From Oscillospiraceae bacterium (GTDB lineage Bacteria > Bacillota > Clostridia > Oscillospirales > UBA929): a stretch of DNA of 64,000 bases. The position numbers were made by a program, and so were the translations under genes. The stretch covers positions 1,778 to 65,777 of the forward strand of contig JAIRUW010000060.1 of assembly GCA_031254195.1 (NCBI GenBank), read 5' to 3'. Below, one piece after another: positions 54,828 through 64,000 of this stretch (its first letter is position 1; the number at the start of each line of letters is the position of its first letter). Under the pieces are notes generated by a model. It searched no databases and had not been told where the DNA came from. It was given only the letters and a program-made list of their open reading frames with translations.

Positions 54828-56107
54828 ACCTTATGACCCACAGCGTCACGCTCGATTCGGAAAAATGCAAAGGCTGCACCGTTTGTGTCCGTCAATGCCC
54901 CACCGAGGCAATCCGTGTGCGGGGCGGCAGGGCTTTGATTATGCCCGGGCGCTGCATTGACTGCGGACGCTGTATTTTGGACTGCCCGCACCACGCCAAA
55001 CAGGCGGTTTGCGACCCGCTGGAGCGCATGAAGGATTATCCGTACACCGTCGCCCTTCCCGCGCCCAGCCTGTACGGACAGTTTCGCAATCTTGACGATA
55101 TAAACATCGTGCTGGGCGGCTTGATTGAGATGGGCTTTGACGCCGTCTATGAGGTGGCGCGCGCCGCCGAGGAAATGAGCGCCCACGCATTGAGGAAGTA
55201 TGGGCTTGTGGCAAACGCGCCCATTATCTCCACGGCCTGCCCCGCCTGCGTCCGCCTAATCTGCCAGCGTTTCTCGCGCCTCATCCCCCATCTGGCTCCC
55301 GAAATCGCACCGGTAGAACTGGCGGCTCTGGCAGCCCGCGCCGAGGCGGTGCGCAAGACGGGCTTGAAACCGAACGAGATTGGCGTGTTTTTCATCACGC
55401 CCTGCCCCGCCAAGATGACGTCGGCGCATTTCCCGCTGGGGCTGAGCGAGCCTGTTTTAGACGGCGCGTTTTCGATGGCGGACGTCTACCTAAAGCTCCT
55501 TTCGGCGATGAAGCTGGCGGCTAAGAAGGGCACGGCGTTCCAAACGGCGGGCCTCTCCGGCGTCGGCTGGGCGGTGACGGGCGGGGAGAGCGCGTCTTTG
55601 AAGCAGCTGCGTACCATAGCCGTCGATGAGATTCCCAATGTCATCGACGTGCTCGAAGCCATCGAGGACGGCAACCTGACCGAGGTGGATTTTGTGGAGA
55701 TATCCGCCTGCACACAAGGCTGTGTCGGCGGCTGCCTGACGGTCGAAAACCCGTATGTCTCTAAAATGCGCGTCCGCAATTTAATGAAGTCGCTACCGGA
55801 CTCCTTGCGGTCCCGGCTGCGGCACGAAGAACCGGGTACCCCGCCGACGCGCGACCTGCCGCTGGAATACGCGCCCGCCGACATACTGGACGACGATATG
55901 GCAAAGGCCATCGAAAAGCGCCGTGTCATGGAAGCGCTGCTGGCGCGGCTGCCGGGCCTCAACTGCTCCTCCTGCGGCGCGCCCAGCTGCCGCGCTTTTG
56001 CCGAAGACGTAGCCCGCGGCCTCGCGCAGGAAACGGACTGTGTTTTTCTGATGCGCGAGAATATGGGCGAAGGGGACTATCTGCCGCCGCCGTTCAGGCG
56101 GTCTTAG
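54824..56107 (+). CDS. [FeFe]-hydrogenase-like sensory/regulatory protein (HydS-like, no PAS domain seen)
   Basis: 427 aa. Two N-terminal 4Fe-4S motifs. H-domain motifs STACPAC (Ala replaces the proton-relay Cys), TPCPAK and ACTQGCVGG. C-terminal CSSCGAPSC. Confidence 0.7.
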   Translation: MNLMTHSVTLDSEKCKGCTVCVRQCPTEAIRVRGGRALIMPGRCIDCGRCILDCPHHAKQAVCDPLERMKDYPYTVALPAPSLYGQFRNLDDINIVLGGLIEMGFDAVYEVARAAEEMSAHALRKYGLVANAPIISTACPACVRLICQRFSRLIPHLAPEIAPVELAALAARAEAVRKTGLKPNEIGVFFITPCPAKMTSAHFPLGLSEPVLDGAFSMADVYLKLLSAMKLAAKKGTAFQTAGLSGVGWAVTGGESASLKQLRTIAVDEIPNVIDVLEAIEDGNLTEVDFVEISACTQGCVGGCLTVENPYVSKMRVRNLMKSLPDSLRSRLRHEEPGTPPTRDLPLEYAPADILDDDMAKAIEKRRVMEALLARLPGLNCSSCGAPSCRAFAEDVARGLAQETDCVFLMRENMGEGDYLPPPFRRS

Positions 56108-56136
56108 GGCTGCAATCCCACAACTGCGCAAAGGAT

Positions 56137-56484
56137 GTGACACGCATGACCGTACAAGACCTTATTAAAAGCCTGGATCTTACCGTTCTGTCCGGCGATG
56201 AAGAAGCCCTGTCCCGCCCGGTGACAGGCGGCTACTGCGGCGACCTGTTGAGCTGGGTGATGGGCCGCGCGCCGCAGGACGGGGCGTGGTTTACGATCAT
56301 GAGCAACCTCAATGTGGCGGCTGTGGCGGCGCTGACCGATATTTCCTGCGTCGTGCTGACCGAAGGCGTTTCTCCCGACCCGGCGCTGCTGGAGCGGGCG
56401 AGGAAGGAAAATCTCGCGCTCCTGCAAAGCCCGGAAGGGGCGTTTCTGCTGGCGGGAAAACTATACGCGATGCTGCATGGATAG
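56137..56484 (+). CDS. DRTGG-domain protein
   Basis: 115 aa paralog of 54049-54396. Confidence 0.6.
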   Translation: MTRMTVQDLIKSLDLTVLSGDEEALSRPVTGGYCGDLLSWVMGRAPQDGAWFTIMSNLNVAAVAALTDISCVVLTEGVSPDPALLERARKENLALLQSPEGAFLLAGKLYAMLHG

Positions 56485-57154
56485 GTATTACGATTTGCAT
56501 ATACACTCCTGTCTGTCACCCTGCGCCGACGATGACATGACTCCCGGCAACATCTGCGCCATGGCCAAACTCGCGGGCTTGGAGATTGTCGCGCTGACCG
56601 ACCACAACACCTGCGGCAATGTACGCGCCTTTATGAAGCGGGCGGAGGAGAACGGGCTGGTGGGCGTCCCGGGGATGGAACTGACGACGCGGGAGGAAGT
56701 CCATGTCGTGTGCCTGTTTCCGGACTGCGACGCGGCGGAGCGGTTTTCGGAGGTTGTGTCCGCGCGGCTTCCTGATATTCAGAATAAACCCCATATTTTC
56801 GGAAACCAGCTCTATATTGGGGAAGACGATCTGCCTTGCGGCGAGGAGCCGCGCCTCCTGCTGCCCGCGGCCGATATCGGTATTTACGATACTGTCGCGA
56901 TGGCGGAAGAATACGGAGGGATTGCTTTCCCCGCGCACATCGGGCGTGACGCGTTCTCCCTGCTGGCGGTACTGGGCCTTTGGGACGACAGTTTAGGCTT
57001 TACCCTCACCGAAGGTACGGCAGGCGGCGTGTCTGTGCCCCATATCGTCAATTCCGACGCGCACCGGCTGGACGCCATCCCCGACGCGCAAAGGACATTA
57101 ACCATTGAAACACCGACGGCAAAAGCTGTCATTGACGCACTAAAAGCATTGTGA
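56477..57154 (+). CDS. PHP-domain phosphoesterase
   Basis: 225 aa. YDLHIHSCLSPCA ... LTDHN motifs. Confidence 0.7.
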   Translation: MDRYYDLHIHSCLSPCADDDMTPGNICAMAKLAGLEIVALTDHNTCGNVRAFMKRAEENGLVGVPGMELTTREEVHVVCLFPDCDAAERFSEVVSARLPDIQNKPHIFGNQLYIGEDDLPCGEEPRLLLPAADIGIYDTVAMAEEYGGIAFPAHIGRDAFSLLAVLGLWDDSLGFTLTEGTAGGVSVPHIVNSDAHRLDAIPDAQRTLTIETPTAKAVIDALKAL

Positions 57155-57185
57155 TATACTGCAATTTGAGTGTTAATAAGAGAGG

Positions 57186-57692
57186 ATGATTATCTTGCCA
57201 AACACCAAAACCGTCGTCCCCTTCTCCGCGACGCCGGAGCAGATGAAGGCGCTCGACGCCGTCATTGCAAGCCATAAAGGCCAGCCCGGCGCGACAATGC
57301 CCGTTTTGCAGGAGGCGCAGGAGATCTTCGGCTACCTCCCCGAGGAGGTGCAGCTGAAAGTCGCCGAGGGGCTTGGCCTCAGCCTCAGCGAAATTTACGG
57401 CGTCGTGAGCTTCTATACGCAATTTTCACTCAATCCCAAAGGCAAAAAGCAAGTGGCCGTCTGCATGGGCACAGCCTGCTATGTCAAAGGCGCGGGGGAT
57501 ATTTTGGAGCGCATCGAGAAGCTCATCGGCTGCAAGGCCGGGTCGGTCACCGACGACGGCATGTTCTCCATCGACGCCACCCGCTGCATCGGCGCCTGCG
57601 GGCTCGCACCCGTTATCCTCGTTGACGGAGACGTCTACGGAAATCTGGTATTGGACGAGGTTGACGGTATAATTAAGAAGTATATGGCATGA
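57186..57692 (+). CDS. hydC: NuoE-like [2Fe-2S] subunit of bifurcating hydrogenase (HydC)
   Basis: 168 aa. CMGTACYVKG ... CIGACGLAP thioredoxin-like 2Fe-2S motif. Confidence 0.8.
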   Translation: MIILPNTKTVVPFSATPEQMKALDAVIASHKGQPGATMPVLQEAQEIFGYLPEEVQLKVAEGLGLSLSEIYGVVSFYTQFSLNPKGKKQVAVCMGTACYVKGAGDILERIEKLIGCKAGSVTDDGMFSIDATRCIGACGLAPVILVDGDVYGNLVLDEVDGIIKKYMA

Positions 57693-58225
57693 AAGACCTT
57701 TCCCTGAGTGTCCTCGATATTGCGATGAACAGCGTCAAAGCTAAGGCGTCGCTTATCGAGATCACGCTTGCAAACGACGGCAAGACCCTCTCCGTCCGTA
57801 TCGCCGACAACGGCTGCGGCATGGACGCGGACTTTTTGGCCCGCGTGACCGACCCCTTCACCACCACCCGCGACACCCGCAGAGTGGGGATGGGCATCCC
57901 GCTGTTTAAGCTGGCGGCGGAACAGGCCGGCGGGACATTCGCCATCACGAGCGAGCCCGGCCGCGGCACCGATTTGATGGCGGCGTTCGCGGTGGATCAC
58001 ATGGACAGACCCCCACTGGGCGACATGGCGGCCACGGTGGCTACCCTGATCCAAGGTTCGCCGGACATTGACTTTGTTTACCGCCATACGGCCCCCTGCG
58101 GCGAGGCGTCTCTGGATACGCGGGAGTTGAGGCAAGCTCTGGACGGCGTGCCCCTTAACGAGCCGGAGGTTCTTCAGTGGATACAGGAAAATCTGGACGA
58201 GGAAGAAAGGATGATCGCCCTATGA
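57689..58225 (+). CDS. HATPase_c-type ATP-binding protein
   Basis: 178 aa. DNGCGM ... GMGIPL motifs. Inserted between hydC and the ferredoxin-like gene. Confidence 0.6.
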   Translation: MKDLSLSVLDIAMNSVKAKASLIEITLANDGKTLSVRIADNGCGMDADFLARVTDPFTTTRDTRRVGMGIPLFKLAAEQAGGTFAITSEPGRGTDLMAAFAVDHMDRPPLGDMAATVATLIQGSPDIDFVYRHTAPCGEASLDTRELRQALDGVPLNEPEVLQWIQENLDEEERMIAL

Positions 58226-58593
58226 AAAGCATAGAGGAACTCAAAAAAATACGCGAGCAGACGCTGAAAAACATCAACCTGCGCAAAGAGGACGGCGGGG
58301 ACACCACCCGTATTGTCGTCGGCATGGCGACCTGCGGCATCGCCGCCGGAGCGCGCCCTGTGCTGGCGGCGTGCGTTGATGAAGTCTCCAAGCGCAGCCT
58401 CGCCCACGTCTCGGTGACGCAGACCGGCTGTATCGGCGTCTGCCGCCTTGAGCCTATCGTCGAGATCTTTGTGCCCGGCGAGGAGAAAGTGACTTACGTC
58501 AAAATGGACGAAGAGAAAGCCCGCCGCGTCATCCACGAGCACATCGTAAACCACAAGGTCGTAACGGAACTTACCATAGGCGCGAACGAATAG
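58222..58593 (+). CDS. (2Fe-2S) ferredoxin-domain protein (HndB-like)
   Basis: Start trimmed to MKSIEELKKIRE (ATGA overlap). GMATCGIAAG ... GCIGVCRLEP. Confidence 0.7.
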   Translation: MKSIEELKKIREQTLKNINLRKEDGGDTTRIVVGMATCGIAAGARPVLAACVDEVSKRSLAHVSVTQTGCIGVCRLEPIVEIFVPGEEKVTYVKMDEEKARRVIHEHIVNHKVVTELTIGANE

Positions 58594-58606
58594 GAGGAAA
58601 CCCGTT

Positions 58607-60397
58607 ATGGAATTAGTCAGATCGCATATCCTGGTCTGCGCCGGGACAGGCTGCCACTCCTCGAAGAGCGACGATATTATCGAAAACCTCAACAAATGGA
58701 TCGCCGAGGAGAAAATGGACAAAGAAGCGCGCGTCATCAAGACGGGCTGTTTTGGCATATGCGCGCTGGGCCCGATCGTCGTCGTCTACCCTGAAGGCGC
58801 GTTTTACTCGCGGGTGAAACCGTCCGACGCCGAGGAAATCGTCAAAGAGCATATCGTCAAGGGGCGCTTGGTCACCCGCCTGCTCTACGACGAGACCAAG
58901 AAAGCCGAATCGATCTCCTCAATCAACGACACCAACTTCTACAAACACCAGATGCGCATCGCCCTGCGCAACTGCGGCATCATCAACCCCGAGTACATCG
59001 ACGAATACATAGCGTTCGAGGGGTATTCCGCCCTGGCCAGAGCGCTGACCGAGCAAACGCCCCAAGAGATCATCGACATCCTCACAAAAAGCGGGCTGCG
59101 CGGCCGCGGCGGAGCGGGTTTCCCGACCGGGCGGAAGTGGCAGTTCGCTCACGACGCGCCGGGCGACATAAAATATGTCGCGTGCAACGCCGACGAAGGC
59201 GACCCGGGCGCGTTTATGGACCGTTCGGTGCTGGAGGGCGACCCGCACAGCGTCGTGGAGGCAATGATCCTCGCTGGGTACGCCATCGGGGCGAATCAGG
59301 GCTATGTTTATATCCGCGCAGAATACCCCATCGCCGTCGAGCGCTTGCGGATTGCCATCAAACAGGCGAAAGAATACGGATTTTTGGGGGACAATATCTT
59401 CGGCACCGGTTTTCAATTCGACCTTGAGATCCGTCTCGGCGCGGGCGCGTTCGTCTGCGGCGAGGAAACGGCGCTGATTACCAGCATCGAGGGCAACCGC
59501 GGCGAGCCGCGCCCCCGCCCGCCCTTCCCGGCGGTCAAAGGCCTATTCGGCAAGCCGACCCTGCTCAACAATGTCGAGACCTATGCCAATATCCCCTGGA
59601 TTCTCCAAAACGGCTGGGAAGCCTTTGACAAGATTGGCACGGAAAAATCCAAGGGGACAAAAATCTTCGCTCTGGGCGGCAAGATCGTCAACACCGGCCT
59701 CGTCGAGGTTCCGATGGGTACCACCCTGCGCACCGTGGTCGAGGACATCGGCGGCGGCTGTCCCGGCGGCAAAAAGTTCAAAGCGGCGCAGACCGGCGGT
59801 CCCTCGGGCGGCTGTATCCCCGCCTCGCACATCGACACCCCGATCGACTATGAGTCCCTCGCCGCCATCGGCTCTATGATGGGTTCGGGCGGGCTGATCA
59901 TCATGGATGAGGACAACTGCATGGTGGACATCGCCCGCTACTTCCTCGACTTTACCGTGGAGGAATCCTGCGGAAAATGCACCCCCTGCCGTATCGGCAC
60001 CAAGCGCATGTGCCAGCTTCTCGATAAGATTGTGGAAGGCCACGGCACAATGGAGGACATTTCTCTGTTGGAGGATTTGTGCGGGCACCTCGCCCAAAAC
60101 AGCCTGTGCGCCCTCGGGCAGACCGCGCCCAACCCTGTGCTGTCCACCCTGCATTATTTCCGCGACGAGTATGAGGCGCATGTGCGCGAGAAGAGGTGCC
60201 CCGCCGGCATTTGCAAAAACCTGCTGACCTACAGCATCAACGACAAGTGCATCGGCTGCACCGCCTGCGTCCGCGTCTGCCCCACCGGCGCAATCTCCGG
60301 CAAGGTCAAGGAAAAGCACGTTATTGACCCGGCGAAATGTATCAAATGCAACGCTTGCATGGAAAAATGCAAGTTCAGCGCGATTGAGAAAGGTTAA
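58607..60397 (+). CDS. hydB: NuoF-like FMN/NAD(P)H-binding subunit of bifurcating hydrogenase (HydB)
   Basis: 596 aa. GRGGAGFPTGRKW FMN motif, ESCGKCTPCR, and C-terminal 2x[4Fe-4S]. Confidence 0.85.
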   Translation: MELVRSHILVCAGTGCHSSKSDDIIENLNKWIAEEKMDKEARVIKTGCFGICALGPIVVVYPEGAFYSRVKPSDAEEIVKEHIVKGRLVTRLLYDETKKAESISSINDTNFYKHQMRIALRNCGIINPEYIDEYIAFEGYSALARALTEQTPQEIIDILTKSGLRGRGGAGFPTGRKWQFAHDAPGDIKYVACNADEGDPGAFMDRSVLEGDPHSVVEAMILAGYAIGANQGYVYIRAEYPIAVERLRIAIKQAKEYGFLGDNIFGTGFQFDLEIRLGAGAFVCGEETALITSIEGNRGEPRPRPPFPAVKGLFGKPTLLNNVETYANIPWILQNGWEAFDKIGTEKSKGTKIFALGGKIVNTGLVEVPMGTTLRTVVEDIGGGCPGGKKFKAAQTGGPSGGCIPASHIDTPIDYESLAAIGSMMGSGGLIIMDEDNCMVDIARYFLDFTVEESCGKCTPCRIGTKRMCQLLDKIVEGHGTMEDISLLEDLCGHLAQNSLCALGQTAPNPVLSTLHYFRDEYEAHVREKRCPAGICKNLLTYSINDKCIGCTACVRVCPTGAISGKVKEKHVIDPAKCIKCNACMEKCKFSAIEKG

Positions 60398-60407
60398 GGT
60401 GACTGCC

Positions 60408-62168
60408 ATGGCTGACACCGTCAAGCTGAAAATCAACGGAATCGAAGTCGAAGCCCCGAAGGGTTCGACCGTCCTTGAAGCCGCGCGTCTGGCCGGCATC
60501 GAGATCCCCACCCTCTGCTATATGAAAGAGATCAACGCCATCGGTTCCTGCCGCGTCTGCGTTGTCGAGATCAAAGGAGCGCGCACGCTGGTGGCCGCTT
60601 GTGTATTCCCTGCGTCGGAAGGCATGGAGGTGTTCACCAATTCCGGCGCCGCCGTCAAGGCGCGCAAGGCGACGCTGGAGCTGATGCTCAGCAACCACCG
60701 GATGGACTGCCTCACCTGCCTGCGCAGCCAAAATTGCGAGCTGCAAAAACTGGCCAAGGATTTCGGCATCCAGGAGGTCCGCTTCCCCACCGACGCCACC
60801 GAGCCGCAAATTGAAGACTCCTCCCTCCATCTGGTGCGCGACAACTCCAAATGTATCCTGTGCCGCCGCTGTGTGGCTGTCTGCAAGCAGTACCAGAGCG
60901 TGGGCGTCATCGGCCCCAATGACCGCGGCTTTGCCACCCATATCTCCTGCGCGTTCGACCGCAATCTGGACGAAGTCCCTTGCGTATCCTGCGGCCAGTG
61001 CATCACCGTCTGCCCCACCGGCGCCCTGACCGAGCGCGACCAGACCGAAGAGGTCTGGGCGGCCTTGGCCGACCCCGCGAAGCATGTCGTTGTAGGCGCC
61101 GCGCCCTCGATCCGCGTCACACTGGGCGAGTGCTTTGACATGCCGGTCGGGACCAATGTGGAGGGCAAGATGGCCTCCGCCCTGCGCCACCTGGGCTTTG
61201 ACGGCGTTTTCGACGTCGATACGGCTGCCGACCTCACCATCATGGAAGAGGGGACGGAGTTTATTGAGCGTTTCACCAAGGGCGGGACACTGCCGCTGAT
61301 TACCTCTTGCTCGCCCGGCTGGATTCGCTTCTGCGAGCAGTATTATCCCGAATTTATCCCCAACCTCTCCTCCTGCAAGTCCCCGCAGCAAATGTTCGGC
61401 GCAATGATGAAGACCTATTACGCCCATCAAAAAGGGTTGGCGCCGGATGACATTTTTGTCGTGACCATCATGCCCTGCACCGCCAAAAAGTATGAAAACC
61501 ACCGGGAACACCAGGCCTCCGCTAAGGGCCTGCCGGATGTTGACGTAGCTCTGACCACGCGTGAGCTTGGGCGTATGATCGCGCGCGCGGGCATCATGTT
61601 CAAGGACCTGCCGGACAGCGAGTTTGACCCCGCCTTCGGCGTATCCACCGGCGCGGGCGTCATCTTCGGCGCGACCGGCGGCGTGATGGAGGCGACATTG
61701 CGCACCGTCTATGAGGTCCTCACCGGGAAGGAAGCCCCCAGCCCCGACTTTGACAAGGTGCGCGGGACAGACGGCATTAAAGAGGCGGCGTATGACATCG
61801 CGGGCAAAACCGTGCGTGTGGCCGTCGCGTCCGGCCTCGCCAACGCCAGAAAGCTGCTGGAAAGTGTCAAGAGCGGCGAGAAGGAATATGACTTTATCGA
61901 GATTATGGGCTGCCCCGGCGGCTGCGTCAACGGCGGCGGCCAGCCCGTCCAGCCGCAGAGCGTCCGCAATTTCACCGATTTGCGGGCCGTCCGCGCGAAG
62001 ACCATCTACGAAATAGACAAGTCTATGCCCCTCCGCAAGAGCCATGAAAACCCGGTCATCAAGAAGGTATACGACGAGTACCTCGGCGAGCCGGGCGGCC
62101 ATAAGGCGCACGATATACTGCATACGCGCTATCAAAAAAGAGCGAAATACCCGGATGTGAAAGTGTGA
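60408..62168 (+). CDS. hydA: [FeFe]-hydrogenase catalytic subunit (HydA, group A3-like architecture)
   Basis: Start trimmed to MADTVKLKINGIEV. 2Fe-2S plus 4Fe-4S N-terminal domains. L2 MPCTAKKYE, L3 EIMGCPGGCVNGGGQP. L1 reads TSCSPGW. Confidence 0.85.
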   Translation: MADTVKLKINGIEVEAPKGSTVLEAARLAGIEIPTLCYMKEINAIGSCRVCVVEIKGARTLVAACVFPASEGMEVFTNSGAAVKARKATLELMLSNHRMDCLTCLRSQNCELQKLAKDFGIQEVRFPTDATEPQIEDSSLHLVRDNSKCILCRRCVAVCKQYQSVGVIGPNDRGFATHISCAFDRNLDEVPCVSCGQCITVCPTGALTERDQTEEVWAALADPAKHVVVGAAPSIRVTLGECFDMPVGTNVEGKMASALRHLGFDGVFDVDTAADLTIMEEGTEFIERFTKGGTLPLITSCSPGWIRFCEQYYPEFIPNLSSCKSPQQMFGAMMKTYYAHQKGLAPDDIFVVTIMPCTAKKYENHREHQASAKGLPDVDVALTTRELGRMIARAGIMFKDLPDSEFDPAFGVSTGAGVIFGATGGVMEATLRTVYEVLTGKEAPSPDFDKVRGTDGIKEAAYDIAGKTVRVAVASGLANARKLLESVKSGEKEYDFIEIMGCPGGCVNGGGQPVQPQSVRNFTDLRAVRAKTIYEIDKSMPLRKSHENPVIKKVYDEYLGEPGGHKAHDILHTRYQKRAKYPDVKV

Positions 62169-63565
62169 ATGTATCCAGGCTGTTTAACCGTTCCTACAGA
62201 GATCACATTCAGGACAATGAGACTCTCAGGCTCTTAAATATCATCATCTTATCGGTAGCGGTGGGCATGTTCATGTTCACCGCTATCGGCGGTGCGGCGT
62301 TTACGGGGTACGCCTCGGCGCTCGGGGCGGGGGAGTTTACCTTCGGCCTGATCTCCGCGCTGCCGGTACTGGCGAGCCTTCTCCAGCTCCCGGTGTCGTT
62401 CCTTGTGCAAAAGAGCGGCAAATATAAGCGGTTTTTCATGATAGGCGGTATCATACAGCGGTCATCGTGGATTGTCGTGGCGTTTATCCCGTACATATTT
62501 CCGGTCGGGCAGTCGGGCCTGTGGATGCTGATCGTGCTTGTAACGCTGGCGGCGATGGGCGGCTCGTTTGTGTCGATCACGCACATGTCGCTGATGGCCA
62601 GTGTGGTCCCGATGGACATTCGGGGCCGCTACATCGCCACGCGGCAAAGGGTATCCACCGCCGTCTCGCTGGTGGCGGGCTTGGGGATCGCCTTTGTATT
62701 GGATCATGTGCCGGGATTTACAGGCTATACAATCGTCTTCGCAGTGGGCGGGCTTGCCGGGCTTGCGGATATATTGATGTATGCCGGCTATAAATTTTCC
62801 GGTATCCCGGCAGCCCCGGAAGGCTCCACCTTCCTCAGGGGCCTGAAATCCTGCTTCACATCGCACAAGACACGCAACTGGTTGCTCTTCTGGATATTCT
62901 GGAGCTTCACGGTCAACCTCAGCGCGCCCTTCTTCGGCAAGTACGCCATTGATAAGCTCCTTCTCTCCTACACGAGCATGATACTAGCCGGGCAGATCGT
63001 GGCGAACGTTCTCACGCTGCTCGTCATCTCCCGTTGGGGGAAATTTCTTGACCGCTACGGCGGTCCAGCGCTGATGATGATCTCCGCCACCATGTCAACG
63101 GTCTTTATCGCGGTATGGTTGTTTGCCGTGCCGGGCAGCGTATGGCCGCTCTTCCTATTTAATTTCTTCGGCGGCGTTTTTTGGTGCGCCAACGAGGCCT
63201 GCATGGTCAACATGCAGTTCTCCCACACGCCGGACACCGGCCGCCCGATCGCTCTCGCCGTCTACGCGGTGCTCACATCGGTCGCGACCGCCGCCGCCTT
63301 CATCTGCGGCGGGGCTTTACTGGAAATCCTCTCGCCCGTGATGGAAAGCCTTAACCGGACGATATTGGGTACGCCGTTTGACAATTACAAGCTGGTATTC
63401 AGCGGCACCATGGCGCTGCGGTTTATCGTTATCGCTATCTTCCTGCCCAGAGTCTGGAGCGAAAAGGGCATGACAATCCGCGGGGCATACGCCAAAGCGT
63501 TTGACGACGCCCGCTCCCGGTGGGTGTATGAGATGTCCCGGCTGAAGTGGTTTCATAAACGCTGA
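62165..63565 (+). CDS. MFS transporter
   Basis: 466 aa, about 12 TM segments. The GTG start overlaps the hydA stop (GTGA). Confidence 0.7.
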   Translation: MNVSRLFNRSYRDHIQDNETLRLLNIIILSVAVGMFMFTAIGGAAFTGYASALGAGEFTFGLISALPVLASLLQLPVSFLVQKSGKYKRFFMIGGIIQRSSWIVVAFIPYIFPVGQSGLWMLIVLVTLAAMGGSFVSITHMSLMASVVPMDIRGRYIATRQRVSTAVSLVAGLGIAFVLDHVPGFTGYTIVFAVGGLAGLADILMYAGYKFSGIPAAPEGSTFLRGLKSCFTSHKTRNWLLFWIFWSFTVNLSAPFFGKYAIDKLLLSYTSMILAGQIVANVLTLLVISRWGKFLDRYGGPALMMISATMSTVFIAVWLFAVPGSVWPLFLFNFFGGVFWCANEACMVNMQFSHTPDTGRPIALAVYAVLTSVATAAAFICGGALLEILSPVMESLNRTILGTPFDNYKLVFSGTMALRFIVIAIFLPRVWSEKGMTIRGAYAKAFDDARSRWVYEMSRLKWFHKR

Positions 63566-63579
63566 CGGGGTGTGAATGT

Positions 63580-64000
63580 ATGGACTTTAGGAAGGCAAAT
63601 GAGGGCGACATCCCTCTCCTCGCGCGGTTCCGCAAGCAGCAGCTCCTTGACGAAAAGCTGCCGCCTGTCGCGGATATAGACAGGGAACTGCTGGATTACT
63701 TTACTTTCAGTCTGGCGGACGGCTCGCTTATTTCATGGCTTGCCATAGACGGCGGCGAAATCATCGCGACGAGCGGAATCTGCTTTTATCAGCTTCCGCC
63801 GACATACACCAACCCTACCGGAAGGGTCGCTTATGTGACAAATATGTATACCCTTCCCTCCCATCGAAAACAGGGCATAGCCTCCCGGCTGCTTGGGCTT
63901 TTGCTTGACGAGGCAAGGACGCGGGGCTATACAATCGTCCGGCTTCACGCCTCCATTGACGGAAAATCTATATACAGAAAATTTGGTTTTGAGGATTCAG
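63580..64000 (+). CDS. GNAT-family N-acetyltransferase (3' end beyond window)
   Basis: Own translation MDFRKANEGDIPLLARF...HRKQGIASRLL (acetyl-CoA binding Q/RxxGxA motif). No stop before the window end. Confidence 0.65.
   Translation, partial: MDFRKANEGDIPLLARFRKQQLLDEKLPPVADIDRELLDYFTFSLADGSLISWLAIDGGEIIATSGICFYQLPPTYTNPTGRVAYVTNMYTLPSHRKQGIASRLLGLLLDEARTRGYTIVRLHASIDGKSIYRKFGFEDS

Noticed and set aside
60375-62135. 586-aa minus-strand ORF
   Set aside because: It is the antisense shadow of hydA, with low-complexity Ala/Gly/Arg content. The hydA frame carries all hydrogenase motifs.

Overview
GC-rich Firmicutes/Clostridia-type chromosomal window; I cannot assign a species, and no searches were run. 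All calls come from reading the ORF track and the sequence by eye.

Layout:
- 1-4.8 kb (minus): tatD'-ricT-holB-darA-PLP decarboxylase-alr.
- 4.8-9.7 kb: lower-GC accessory patch with a PIN toxin/antitoxin pair, two tandem lipoprotein paralogs, a NYN/LOTUS protein, a metallophosphoesterase and a Cys-rich hypothetical.
- 9.8-14.1 kb (minus): a T-box leader in front of an AMP-ligase / FolT-like ECF S-component / mnmG unit.
- 14.4-16.5 kb: M23 peptidase, lipoprotein, a 56-aa membrane peptide and a gene remnant.
- 16.8-21.5 kb: soj-spo0J-serS, an HD-GYP protein and an HD protein.
- 21.5-31 kb: two XRE regulators, a flippase, a TetR/ABC-2 exporter, the mercury-methylation pair hgcAB, an SOS-boxed radical-SAM repair gene, cheV and an MFS transporter.
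- 31.3-36.7 kb: an antitoxin-less EndoA-type mazF followed by two unknown genes, a ydcC-like gene, nnrD and an XRE/small-ORF switch.
- 36.7-52.5 kb (minus): the complete S10-spc-alpha ribosomal protein operon, rpsJ to rplQ.
- 54-62 kb (plus): a HydS-like sensory module plus hydCBA bifurcating [FeFe]-hydrogenase genes, then an MFS transporter and a GNAT.

Most unusual signals:
1. A family of about 70-90 nt structured elements fills five spacers of the r-protein operon. Further copies sit at the cheV transcript 5' end, between two other genes, and as a half-copy inside the T-box.
2. A 76-nt multi-hairpin palindromic element is inserted in frame in mnmG.
3. The T-box controls non-canonical cargo.
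4. hgcAB is present.
5. The hydA L1 motif reads TSCSP instead of TSCCP.
6. mazF has no mazE.
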